Assembly: GCA_965112155.1 (NCBI GenBank) | Contig: OZ218106.1 | Length of the DNA: 64,000 bases | Reading direction: 5' to 3' (one strand) | DNA from: Podarcis liolepis | Lineage: Eukaryota | Shown here: positions 11,604 through 25,196 of the stretch, one piece after another | Layout: every line of letters begins with the position of its first letter | Position numbering within the stretch: position 1 is the stretch's first letter | Translations under genes and position numbers: made by a program | The notes under the pieces: model-generated | What the model saw: the letters and a program-made list of their open reading frames with translations, nothing else | Databases searched by the model: none | Told to the model about the DNA's origin: nothing

Positions 11604-14600
11604 AACCTTGAATTCTAAAGCAGAGACAGCAGGAAACTGAAGAAGAATTCTGCAAGCTTGAATAGCAATGCTAGACAGGATGAAACTATTTATATTGAAA
11701 TCCAATATTCTGTACAAAGCTTCTTAACTGTTTTTGTATATATATATATTTGTATTGATTACTTGGTTGATACCTTATTGTGAAGACAAGCAAATAATAA
11801 GGAAGAATTGAGTTAAAAGACAATGAGATACTTTTACTTTATCTGAGAACACGACTTACAAATGCAAGTCAGTCAGGATGAACATTGCAACTGGAATCTG
11901 GGATAGCAGAGATAAGGCATCTAGCTCCTGCATGCAGGCACAGTTCTTCATCCAGAGCTAGGAATATAGTCTTGAAAGCCTGCATATGATCCCAAGATGC
12001 ATCAGAGTCCACAGCTCTATTTTTTTTATTTAAAAAACCATTTTTGTAACCTTCCTTCATTATTTGTTTATACCCTTTATCCCTAACCCCCTTAGGGGTT
12101 TATATAAAAAAAACCCTCATTAATCATAGATTTCAAGTTCTTCAGGGCAAATCTTTTGAAATTTGTTCTGTGCTGCATGTGTTCCATGAAACTTCCATGG
12201 GTGGATCAGGTGTATTACCAATAGTAAACTGAGTGGGATTATCAGAGAACAGCAGAGGGACTATAGGCTCTCCTCCTGTCCCTTTACTTAGCCCCCAGTG
12301 ACAGAACAAATCAGTGACAGTCACAGCTACCACATGAAAAAGGTGACAGCTCAGTGTTCAATGTAATTGCTAGTCATTTACCTACAGCAGTTCTGGTTTT
12401 CCTAATTGAAAGTGGCTGTCTCCTTCAAATGTGAACAAATTAAATGAAGTGCACTGTGTATAGGCACACACTCCTATGCACACACACACAATGTGGGGAT
12501 ATTGCGGGGGGGGGGAGGTGGAAATCAGCATAGTTATACTAGAGAGGTACAAAAATGCCCTATATAGATAAGACACTTATCTATATAGTGTCTGTCTTTA
12601 ATCATAGCACATTTTGCCCACTTTGAGAGGACACACTGAAATGAAACCATTTTGAAATGTCTGGAAAAGTTGCGCTGTTCCTTTGGAAAAATCAGTCAAT
12701 ATGCCATATGCTGTTCCAATGCACTCCAATAATTACCCATCTTTTCAGAGAACAAAAATGTTACCAAATAAGGGTGCAATGCTTTCCGCTATGCAGTACC
12801 CATACTCAGAGGAATCTCCATAGAGCTCAATGCAGATCGTTTCCTTCATTCTCCATCTTAGTAGAGCCGTGTGGCTGTATTTAGGCACTATGCCAGGCTT
12901 TCATAAAGAAATGGAAAGTTTGTGCTCCTTTCCCATATCTCCATCCAATGCTCAGTCAAATTACATGATCTCTAGGCATCATATACCTTGACTCTACAGA
13001 CAGTGAGGGTTAGATGGGGATATGGAAGTTGTACATATCTTATTTCTAAATTCTTTTCTAAAATGCCCAAGGATACTATGCACCTCTGCATATATATCTA
13101 TGTCCTTCTGTGCTGAGTGCAGAATGGGTGAGAAATAAGGGTGCCTTGGGCACCCTTTAATACACAGTAAAGGATCACATCCTATGAATTACTTCATAAT
13201 TGTCAAAATAGTCAAAAACCCATTGATTCCAGTATTCATAGGCCAAAAAGATGTTCATGGAAAGCTCACAATCATGATAATTAGCCCTTGCATTGTATAT
13301 CCATCAGGCAAAAGAGTAGGAAAATCCCCCTGTGGTGGCAGTTGTGCGGGGAGAAAGGCCACAAAGATTACAGTACCTCAAGCTTCTTTTCCCCCCATTT
13401 TTACTCCCCATTTTTACTTGTAGCCTGTTTCACGATTACTTAATGTTATTGCTGCCACCAATGCCTTTTTCTAAAAAAAACCCCAACCTTCCCTAACTTC
13501 CAAAGGCTTTGCAGTAGGCAGCGTAATCAAATCTTCATTCTTTCCACTTCTTCATGCTTGCATGTTTTGCATTATCAGCTGGATAATTGTTTGGAAAGTT
13601 GTAAGATAGATTTCAATCATGTGTGAATGAATAAAACTCACCTCATATGGAAATTCTTCTTCCGACTACAAGAATTTAATCAGAGTGGTTTGATTACTTT
13701 CCCATGACACATGCTATGTTCTGATAGCAAGCCCATCTCATACATATTTGCACAATCAAATGAATTTTATTGATTAGCAACACTTAATGTCGCCTCAAGC
13801 AGCCATTTGAGAGGTTTCTTCCAGTTTCTCCCCCAAATTGATTGTTTCATATTTGAAAACGTGCAAAGCTTATTACTGATTTTTTCTCTCTTTTTGTGTA
13901 GCCTGAAATATTAAAAGAATCTCGTCCTCTTGGGACTAAGATTGGCATAAAGTGTTTTCAAATCAAATATTTGGCTACAGAAGGAAAGTGAATTTATAAA
14001 GCCATGAGACCTTTTCTTGTACTTAGCACTTCATCTCAGTGAAGGAGACAGCCCTGAGGCATAGTGGATGTCATATAGAAGTTGAAGGAGGTGCTCCAAT
14101 AGCTACTATGTGCATTGGCCTGATTTTTCAATTGTTTCAACATTTATAGATGCCACTGACAAGCCATACCAAGTAAGGACAGCAAGCTTGCACTGTAAGT
14201 AAAGGTAGATTAATCATGTCCAAAGCATCCTTACTGGACCTACCCTATACAGTGTCCTCTGGCTATGAAATAATGATCCCCATCATAGGAAAATCAGGGG
14301 ACACATCATGCATAGCACCAGGCACTGTGGGTGTTTTCAAGACATGCAGCAATATCATTGCTTTGGATTCCTTGTAAAAAGAAATGTGGGTAGTTTGGAC
14401 ATCCAAAACTATTTCACTTGTACCTCAGATGTGAGACAACTGATGGATCATTATTCCTCACAATGTACTCCTTGTATAAAATGTCTTGGCCTTCAGTTTG
14501 GCAAGAACAAAAGATAAATAGGCTGTCCAGGTACAGCTCCCCTGTTTCCCAAGCGTCCTTGTATCTTGCATCTCCTTGTTGCAACCCTAGTTACTGAAAA

Positions 14601-17600
14601 AACATAGCACCACAGGGGAACTAAACTCAGAAGAGATTGCTATATTTTGGCTTGGTTTCTGTAGCCTGTGCTGTCAGAAGGAGCTGTTATGCCTCATCTT
14701 CATGTAGAAGTAACAGAAGACTCAATATCCAAACAGGCTCAAATAGTTACTGAGCTTCCAGGTGTGTTAGGAATTGACTGTGGGAATTCAGCAATAGGTT
14801 CACTTATAATTTCAAACCAAAGCTTCTTTGACTGAAACACATTTGTCAGAGGTCATTTTTCTTATATAAAAATGCTTTTTTATATAAAAAAGGGGGGAAG
14901 ACTACAACTGTTTCACTGAGCTTTACTGTATAATTATCCACTGCAAGTTCATCCTGCTAAATTATGAGCCTTTCACAGAGGGCTTGGAAAGAAGGCTGGA
15001 TCTGACCTTTGCTTATAGTCAATCTGCAATTTGAAACAGTTTATTAATTAACAAGATCTACCATTCTAAGGGAAACCTGATATTAGGAATTCTGCCTAGC
15101 AACAAACCCCTTGCCAGCCACCCGTTCATCTAATCTGGCAGTACTAGAGTCTGCATCCAATAGCAATCAGCCATGCAAGCAAGGGGTGCACATCCTTTAA
15201 TCATCTGCCAGCAGTGCTCTTTAACAGTTCACACAAAGCAAAGAAATTACTTTTGGTGTCAGGATATGCATTGACATAAATCAGACATTTAAAATGGAAG
15301 CACAGAGGAAGCTAATAGACAAATATTTCAGTCTCTCTGTACATTCAGTGTTTGACCTTAAAGATGCCATATTTAAGCAATGCAGATTGATCAATGTGAG
15401 GCTGCTGGATGGGGGTTAATTTACAAATTTAACAATCCATCCCTTGATTTGAATAAAAATATTGGATATTTGATCCACTAGAGCTTAAGCCCCCAGTTGC
15501 AGGATCTCAGTGTGTGTAAGTTCCATTTGTATCAGTGGACCTCTTATCAAGTGATAACAGACCAAGTGCCATACTTCTGTTCCTTTACTTTTTAATCACA
15601 CCTTGAAAAATAAATCTCCCCTGCATTGTCTGTCTAGTTACCCATCCATCCATATTCCATTGCTCTACTGTCTACTCTGTGCATACATCTGTAGAAGTAT
15701 TCTCTTCTTATACAAGCTGACATGACAATAAAAGTAGAGACTCACTTCACATTACATGTACAGTAAATGTCCAGTCATGGATTGGAAACCCTGTAGTTGG
15801 GGGGGGGGGCTTGGCATTGTGACTGGAGTAGACAAACAATGTGGAGGAAATGGTTAAAGATTCCTTCACCTCCACTGCTCCTCTAGTTCAAATTTAGCAT
15901 CCCAATGTTATATTTCATTTTAAAAACAAAGCAGAACACCAAAATCTGAGGTCCTTTGAGTTCTGTTACACACATGCAAAGGTAATATGAAGATAGACTG
16001 TTAGTTTATCTGTTAGATTTTGGTCTCTTTACCACAACGGATTAAGCTCTGTCTTCATGTCTGGCTAAGCAATCTAGTAATTGCCTGTGGTGTAGCCTGC
16101 AAAGGCATTAAGTCCAAAATGACAGCACTTGGTCCCATAACTGGGTGTGAAAACATGGGCCCATGGCATGCCATCACTGCAACAGGGTGAGGTTATCCTT
16201 GGGGGTAACTGTGGAAGGCTAATGGTTCTCCATCACAAGAAAATTGTTTCTTAAAGTCCAATCCTTTGGTAGCCCTGCTGAGTTCAGTGGGCATGCTCCC
16301 AAGTAAGTGTGCACTGAACGTGGCAAGCAATCCTCTGTTTTGTGTAATGAGGAAGTTCCTAGGGCTACCAGAGAATTACATCAAAGCCACTGGATACTGC
16401 TCGTGTTCAGACAGACTTTATCATTCCTGGTTCGTTTCCATTTCTCCCATGACGTAATAAATTATTAAAAGCTCCTCTGCTCCTTCATTAAAATTGTTTC
16501 TATTCAAATTGGCCCCTGTGGGTTAACGAGGGCTCTAAACATGCTCCAAATGGACCTCGGGTTCATAGGTTGTTGATTTATTATTTGCCCCTGATGGAAT
16601 GCCGCACTAAAAGCTATTCTCATTCATTTATCTGATGTAATACATTCACAGTCATTATGCAAAGCACAGTAAGATCTACTCCCGAAATTAGAAATATTTC
16701 TTCATTCCCTTGGAGCTCCACATGAGCATGCACTTGTATTAGGGGATTCATTATGGAGGTCTTTTGAATCCTGATGGATACCACTGGAGCAGGTCACAAT
16801 CCCACAAGCCATTATTTCCATTGGAGCTAATGGCTCATTGCCATGGCGGCTCATAGGAGCAGGATTTATTGTGTAAGGGAAATGTAAATCGTGCCACTGT
16901 GGCATATGCGTTGTGCCTACTTGTCTATGCATATTTAATACTGTGGAATAAAAGACTATGCTATGATTAAACAGAAGAGAAAATAGAGCTTTTCCAACTG
17001 TTAGGTGCTTGAGGTTTCTCTCAGGTTAAGTTGCTTAATATGGAGTCAGTCAATAATACATTCCCGTTGTTCAATATTTAGATTTTGCTGCTGTGCAAAC
17101 AGAGCACAAGAGCTCACATTGCAGCATGAAGACACTTAACCAGCTCCGCTTTCGAGGCTGAACTTAAAAGTTTATGGAAAATGCTCATGAGTCCTTGCTT
17201 ATATCAGAGGGCCATATTAATGCCACACAAAACAGCAAATAAATTATGTCTGCGGGCTGCAAATATTTAAGCATTTGAATATTTTGGCATTTATTTTGGA
17301 GGGTTGCCCTGTTTTCTTTTCACCTCCCATTTCGTTCTTACTGTGGAATTATACAAATATTTACAACGGTTGTGGTTGCCAGTCACAGTTGACTTCACGC
17401 CAAGGGCCAATCATGCACAGTTAAGAAGCATGACATATGCTTGTAAATCCCCAATTCTGCTGCGAAGCTTTAAACAAGATCACAGGTGAGATCCATGAGT
17501 GCCACTTTAGCAGACATAACGAATCAGAAGAGGGAGCTCCATTTTGGCAAGATGCATGATCTATTAACATCCAAAACCATCTCAAGTGAGAGATGCTGGG

Positions 17601-17824
17601 AGCTAGCATCTGCCTTAACTTTCAGATACCATGGACAGCACTGACTCACTGCCAGTAAAATTGAACTGCCAATCAAATCAGGTTTTCTTTTTGTGTGTGC
17701 ATGGGGTGGGTGCCATTTTGTCCATTGTCTCAGATTCCAAAGCACCTCTTTGACTTTGGTCCAATTCAGGACCAAGCCAAGACATTTTGCAGCCTGAGGC
17801 AAAGGACAAGATGGCACCCACCCC

Positions 17825-17990
17825 TCGCCTCTGCGGTGACAACTTAAATAAAATATAGGGGGGCAGGTAAGCCCTGCCCTGCATAATCAATCAAAGCACA
17901 CATCATTGGAATGGCAATGCCCATCAACTGGGAGGGCAATTCCTCAAATAATTTATGGGGGGTGGGCTGAAGGGATCTCAGCCCCTAGTG
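17825..17990 (+). repeat. Interspersed repeat (probable MITE); inverted homolog at 21685-21850
   Basis: caacttaaataaaatat...caggtaagccc...ggcaatgcccatcaact...ctcagccc is the reverse complement of gggctgag...agttgatgggcattgcc...gggcttacctg...atattttattcaagttg. Confidence 0.7.
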
Positions 17991-20559
17991 GGGTGGTGCC
18001 TATTCTCTACCTAATGGGCACTATTTCAGTCTTTGCATTATCAGAGTAGCACTTAGCACGGTCTCATCCCCTGACCCCATCACTTCAGTGACATCTGTAG
18101 AGAAGGTGGTTGAATTGCTTTAGATGCCTTTCTTTTCCAACTGAATAGGTAGAGTCACATATCTGGGACTTGGAGACAGGGCTTCCAGGTCAGGAGGTGT
18201 AGCTTCAAATAGGCTTCTAAAAGTGCCCTATTTAAAGAAATGTTCTAATGACTTTATGATGAGATGAATTAGTGCTGTGGCAATTCTGGGCATGTACACC
18301 AGACACCCTGTCTCTTGGAACATGAAATGACAATAAATCAGCTCATGAAATCTAGGTCTCCAGGTCTTGGGCACTTATGGTCTTGCTGAGCCTGCTACAA
18401 ACAATGTTCAACTGCCTTGGCATGGTCCACATAAATAAATTGAAATATAATTCCAATATCCAATCCTCCATCGTCTGAAACTAACATATCACATTGTATC
18501 TTTGTTTGCACTTAGATGCCACTGACCTTCCTACTCTGGGTGCAAGTGAAAGATGGAGATTCTTAACAAATAAGGAAAATCCCTGCTTTAGGAAAAAATT
18601 AGGAAAAGGTAACAAATAAATCGTCTTGTGTCACAGTGTCACTGTGCTTCTCCTCAGCCATATTTCACTAAGTTTGGGTGTCATAACAACCTTCTACACA
18701 AGGTTAAATTTTGCAATAATGTTGTGTTAGGGAGAGAAATTTCTCATGTATGGGAAGTGCTACAAACCTGACAGTTTTACTGCAAAGAAATGTCACATAG
18801 ATATGTTAGCACTCTAAAAGAAATGCTAGACTAGCTTCTACATTAGAATTAAGAGGTGTCAATCATTTAACACTGCATAAATGTCACCACATTTGCTAAA
18901 TGTTAGCCTGAAGAATGACATGAATTATTTGTTTCAGGATATTGCATATTCTAGACCTCTACCTATTGCTTGCATGCAAACTTCCCATTTTCTTCTTTTA
19001 AATTAAACTTAAGTCAGGCGAGCCATAAATTAGAGTGTAAGTATTTTCACTTGGCATGACCCTATGGTGCAACGCAATGCATAAACAAACAAAAACCAAG
19101 GTTACTATGGTGGGAGGGCAGGAGATGAGCATCTGTAGGAAATGAAAATCCACAGAACACACAAGCGGACTAGTCATTCGGAAGCGGATTAGAATATCTC
19201 TCGCCAACTATAACACGGCCAGTGCCAGAAAAGGCTAATTCCTGAGAGAGCTTCCAGCTCCCGGCCTAATGGTGGATAGTCTGCTTTGAATTCCTGCATG
19301 AAAGGAGAGATTTGGCAAAAGCAGCTTCTTTCCTCTCAGCTGTACAATGATGGGAGGAGGAGAAGCACTCTTCCAAATGTCTCTCTGCAACAGAGCCTTC
19401 AAAGCCACAGGAAAGCTTATCCATAGGAATTCCTAAACAAGCATAGGTGTATGATGAAGCAAGGCAATTACTATCAGTGTAATACAGGAGGGGGAAAAGA
19501 AGCAGACATGATGTCAATTGTACGAAAGCAATGTGACTGGGGGAGAGGAGGGAATCTGGACCGCAGGAGGTGGGAAGGAGGGGTTTAGCACTTTCCCTTA
19601 TCTCGCCATCTCAGTGAAAAGCTTCCATGGTGGCTTCTACACTGAAAGTACATAATAACAGCTCGGAGGACAGGGATTTTCTTCATAGAATTCTATCCAA
19701 TGCTATTTTTGTTAAATGTTTCCTGTTTCTTTTCTTCTTCTTTTTACTGCTTTTGACATTTTATTTGTAGGCCACCATATGGTGGCTGGGTCTAGAAAGT
19801 GGGATAAAAATACACAAGATAATAATGATAAATACAGGTGGATTTGGGGATTCAGACACCTGGATCAAACCTGCAGGTAGGATGCAGCGGGTGAGAGAGA
19901 GAGAGAGAGAACCAACTCAGGTTGTCCCTTACACTAGCTATCAGGGGAGATAGGGGAAAGCAGGGCATTCAGAGGGCTGAGTGGCCTTAGAGTGGGATTT
20001 CTGTCTGGTATGGTACAACCTGGATATAATACGACCATTAAGAATTGCAGGTAGCTATGTAGGGAACTTACCTTTTCCTGCAAAAAAAGAGAGTCTAATT
20101 TATTGGGGTTAACTTCAGAGTGTTATCCCAAGAGGACACCTTGGCAGGTAATTATGCATACCAGTTGTGGGCACCGCAGTAGGAAGGGTTAGAACTACCC
20201 TTTCGTAGTCTAATAACTTGCATTGTGTTTTGTTTCTTAATAAGGTTGTGGCATGTTTAACCCCATTGGGGTGGGGAGCAGAAAGAAGCAAATCTGCTAT
20301 TTGCTCCCCTTTCCAGATCATTAATGAAGATGTCAAATAAATATGGAAATAATTGCAACTTTCTCCTCCGCATGTCATCCCAGAAGCATATCCAGTTGGA
20401 AAGATAACCAAGGCTTCCTGTTTGGGCGTTTAAGCCTAATATAAAGCTGTCCTTCCTTCCAATGTTGCTTGTACATGATATACAGATTAATGCTTATCTC
20501 TTAAATTCATTCCTGATAATGTCTCCCTTCCCCAAGACCCTTGGTAGTGTGGCAGGTTT

Positions 20560-21230
20560 TGCAATAAAATGCTTTGAATTTGACAAGGTGCTACCCAAAA
20601 CTGCACACAATGTTTCAGGTATGATTACTCTGGGCTGATGTTGGCTGATGTTATTACCACCTTTTTTCTACTATCACATTGATATTTCCATCAAAATGGC
20701 TCAGCCCTTTTCTGTGCTGCATTATGTTATGCACTCCTGACTAATTTGCTCTCCATTACCATCTCTATGGCTGTTTAAGCTTTATTGCTTTTCAGGTTTC
20801 ACTCCCGCATTCAATAGATCTGCTTTGGATTATATCTCCCCCCCCCCCTGATATTATTATATTGCTGTGTTCCAAAGTGAATATCATTTTGTTGCTAAGG
20901 CCATGTTTCCAATATCTTAGCTCCCTCTCTATTATTTCCATGCCTTGGCTGTTCTTTTATTTTGCAATGCCTCCCAATTCAGGATAATATGTGAATTACA
21001 TTAACCTGCTGTTTACTCCCCTTTCCAGATCATTAATGAAGATGTCAAATAAATATGGAAGTAATGCCAGTTGCTTTAGTTCCCACTAGGCACCTCCCCA
21101 CAACTTGATACACATCAGTGTATCATTATCCTTTGTTAATGGTCGTTCAGTCACGTTTCAGTTCACATGACAGGTTTCCAAGCCTATTTTGATTAATTTT
21201 GTAGAAAGGATTTTCATGACAGCATTGAAT
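20560..21230 (-). mobile_element. Ancient CR1/L3 LINE reverse-transcriptase remnant
   Basis: Minus strand reads LFDIFINDL (CR1 LFNIFINDL motif, ~21026-21052), followed by a decayed FADDTKLGG-like segment ending ELGG (~20970-20997); boundaries approximate. Confidence 0.7.
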
Positions 21231-21684
21231 AGGCTGAAATGTTTTGTGAAGGGCCAGAGATGAGGTCAGTTACAGTTATTTCTGTTCCCACAACTTTAAA
21301 GATGTTTCCTGATAATCCAAAGTTTTATCACCATGGATTGCTTTTTTTTTTTTTTTACTCCAGTACACATGATTGGCATTATCATGTGACTGTCAGTGTC
21401 CCACTGCCCTGGCACGACCCATTATTGATGCCTACCATGATGCATTATTATTCTTATTTTTTAGTGTCAGGCAGTTCAGATTCACCCTTTTAATTTCCAA
21501 CAATTCCACAACACAGTTGTACAAAATTTACCACTATGGGTTTGCTTAAATTCATGGGTGCCATGTTCTCCCCATAATTTCCGAAATTAGTAAATGTGGG
21601 GTATGAAGTCAAACCAACTTCCTCGGGGGCTAGGTTTAGAGAGGTGCCACCCAGGAACAAGGACAAGTATCAAAGAAACTCCTG

Positions 21685-21850
21685 TGGGCTGAGGTCCCTT
21701 CGGCTCCCCACAATGAAATATTTCAGGGGACTGGGCCCGTCCCAAAGTTGATGGGCATTGCCCTTCAAATTGTGTGCATGTGCCACATCTTCTGATGGAT
21801 TATGTAGGCTGGGGCTTACCTGAGCCCCTGCAATATTTTATTCAAGTTGT
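21685..21850 (-). repeat. Interspersed repeat, inverted homolog of 17825-17990
   Basis: Shared blocks listed under 17825-17990. Confidence 0.7.
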
Positions 21851-23120
21851 TACCCTTGAAGACAAGTGGTAGCAGAGTCAATACCCGGACAAAAGGTGAG
21901 ACATTCGGCATCAGACAAGAAAGTGGGAGGCTACCAAGATAAACAGGGGACCTGATGTCACCACGGGGGGGGGGGTTGCAAAAGGTCTTTGAAATGGAGG
22001 CTATAGACAGATGGTGTACTGGAAGCGAAAGGTAGGAGTTGTTTTTCTGCGAAGTCTGCTGGGAAGGAGGAGGAAATAGGTAGAGCTCCATGTGGGGGCT
22101 GAAGGTCAGAACCATCTGGACAGGCTAGGACAGAGGCAGAAAGATGGCATACAGGATGCCTTGGACATCCAGTGCTACACTGCAAGGGGAACAAGCCCCT
22201 CTTGAGATGGAATATTCTGAACTCCCAAGTAGACCCAGGTGTAAATATGTGTTAACCAACCATATTTCTTAAAGACATGATGATCTCTGCTGCGTCTTGA
22301 TTCCCAATGGAAACACAAACCTGGGTAAGTGCTTGAACCGCCACCTCCCTGGAATTTTGATACCACCTGGCAGAGATTGGGGGTTGCATGCAACCTTCAT
22401 AACAGTGTGTTGAAAACTCAGCACACACACACACAAAACTGAACCCAATGAAAAATTATTACAAGCCACAAGAATGGCATCTGAAAGCAAATTCCTTTTG
22501 ATTGTTCCTCTCCTACATTAACGTGTCTTAGAGATGGCAGACATCAGCACTCCGAATGAGCACTTACAAAGTTTCTACTTTCAAAGCTTTCTTCGTTTTG
22601 TGTGCGCTCCAGAAATGAGAGACAGAGGTAATGTGTCCTGTTTCAAAACAGGAAGTCTTGCCCTGTTCTGCTGCCGCCGCCATTGTGCTCCATTGGTGGC
22701 AGCAGCAAAGTGGCACTGGCATTGACGCTGATTTCCAGCAAGATCTCAGTGGAAATTGGCACCAGTGATGGTGCCACTTCTCTGGCAGAGGTGGTGGGGC
22801 CCGTGGGGCGGCTGTGGGAGCGCTGCATCGGGGGCTTCTGCAACTCAATATGGCTGCTTTACCCTGCCTCATGAGTGGCCTGGGCCTGATGAGAGAAATT
22901 ACAACACAGGAAGACACTAGAAAAATCTGCTTATGTAGAAAAAAACGGTGAGGGTAGGATGGTGTCCAGAGAAGAATGTGCCACTTCTCTCTGTTCTCCA
23001 ATGTCCCAGAAATATTTTCCTAGATAGTTGCTTCCTCTTGCTCACAACTAAATTTCATTCTGTATTGGTAAATGGAGGTCATGGGGTAAACCCCTGCAGA
23101 AACAGTTTTCTACTGTGTTA

Positions 23121-23199
23121 GGGATTGATGTGATCTAAAGCCCTGTTGGGTCACCCCTATTTGGGGGTTGATGTGACCCCAAGCCCTATTGGGTCACTC
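23121..23199. repeat. Imperfect ~43-bp tandem duplication
   Basis: gggattgatgtgatctaaagccctgttgggtcac / ggggttgatgtgaccccaagccctattgggtcac. Confidence 0.8.
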
Positions 23200-25147
23200 A
23201 GCACTGCCAGCCCCATGGAGTAACACATTTTGTACCTTCTTCACATTGGTGCCTTGTCTTTGCTCATATTGACTTTGTTGACATTTCTGCTTATCACACA
23301 GTCCAGACAGAAAAGAAACATTTCTTCCCTCAAGACAGGTCTATTTCCCCCATGTGCCAGAGTCTCTTGACCAACATTTTCATCTATTCCATTTCACAGC
23401 TTCTGGAGTGATGGCCTTCGCCATGCACACAGATGCTGCCCAAAATGAGCCCATTAACACTGTTGGGGGGCTTCTCTAGACATCTGGTTGCTCACTGTGA
23501 GAACTCACTGTCCCTAATATGTGAAAAGATTCACAAATATTTGGGCCATGCATAAAATGTGTGATAGGCTCTCCAACTATTAATTGCACAGCAACTGATA
23601 ATTTTGATTCGTGGCTTGAAAGTAGTATTTTATATCACTCTTTTAGACAACCTCATTCCCGAGATTCTAGAATGTTGTGATTTAAAATAGATAATTATGC
23701 AGTAAAATAATTGATGTTTGAAGTTACGCATAGATTTCGATACCAAAGGACCACACTGCTTACTGCGAATATTTTCATTATCTTCTCAATGACTTATGCT
23801 TATATTTCTTCCAGTACTTACCCCATTCAGCAATGAATGGTAGGGCTGAAGGAAATAGGCACTTAATCGGTCCAAGGGTGGGAGACACTTCCAACCCAGC
23901 ATGGCGGCTCCTCCCCCCTCCCCCGCAGAGCCACACCATGTTTGTTTCAGCTGTTGGCCCCTTTGCCTGGCCACCACAATGCTCTCTGGGTTCCTGCCAG
24001 ATCCAGGTTTGAATTTGCACCAATCCGCAGTGGCTTGGGACATGGGGCCAGGGATTGGACCTGACTGCTGAAGTTTTCACTCTGGTCTGCTCCCAGGGCA
24101 AAGAAACATAAATGGCATTTCATAGAATTGTGCTATATACTAGAAGTGAATTATTGTTTTCATATTTCCTCCGCCACCTATTATTTTCTTTTCAAATTAA
24201 TAGGCAATGTCACCTAACGATTGTGCCAAAGAATGTCAGGGTCTCTGCAGAACTGATTTGTTTATAAATACCTGCCACATTTGCCTTTCCTCATTCTTCT
24301 ACATGCATACAAAACTAATGTAATGACCCAGAGTATGATTTATCCGAATTGCCTGTTTATCTTCATTGCTGTTGTTAGCCTTTGAGATAGGAGCAGCACT
24401 TATGGTGAAGAAGCAGAAAGAGTGAGATTTCTATTTGCATTTGTGCTTCTGCTGCAATACTGCCTCCGTGTTTAGTTATTTTCTATGAGTGTCAAATAAC
24501 TGTTCAATTAGGTAGTGTGTGTAGAGTTACAGCCAGAGGTAATTAGTCTCCGGATGAGGATGGACAAATCATTCTCTATCAGTTTCACTTGCATTCAACA
24601 ATAAATTCATTGAGTCTCAGCTCCATATTAATCTGTGATATATACCGAAACTAAATTGTGATATTTTACAATACATTTTTTGTCAAAGAAACATTTCTAA
24701 ATGTATTGTCTCTCAGTTTGACTTTTTTTTTTTTTTTTTGCCAAGAACTTTTCTAGAATATTTAGAGAAAGCAAAACCAGTGGCTACATTTCGAGCTACA
24801 AATTTGTCTGGGGAGTGTAAATCAATATTTATGGCATTTGAATGTCTAAAATTCCTCAAGAAGGAATTTGTTAAAGATTGCTGTTGCCCACATATGAGTC
24901 ACATAAAGCGAAGAAGCAGGGACTAAGAAGAACACTTTTCACAGTGGTGAAGGGGCTAGAGACATCTGTAAAGGATTCCTGTTTGCTGCTGTTACTTGAT
25001 ACTGAACTTTGTAAGTAAACCTTTTTTGGTCTATATGGGATCAGAAATTTGTATGTGTATTCCCAGTAAAAACTTGGAACCAGATGTTCTGTCAGGCTCA
25101 ACCCCTTTCAAGGTATTAGTAGAGTGCTATGTTTTGCTTCAGCCCAT

Positions 25148-25149
<2 letters not shown>

Positions 25150-25193
<44 letters not shown>
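25150..25193. repeat. (TA)n microsatellite
   Basis: Direct reading. Confidence 0.98.

Positions 25194-25196
<3 letters not shown>

Noticed and set aside
14862-14887. 11-bp AT-only inverted repeat ttatataaaaa / tttttatataa
   Set aside because: Low complexity; expected by chance in AT-rich DNA
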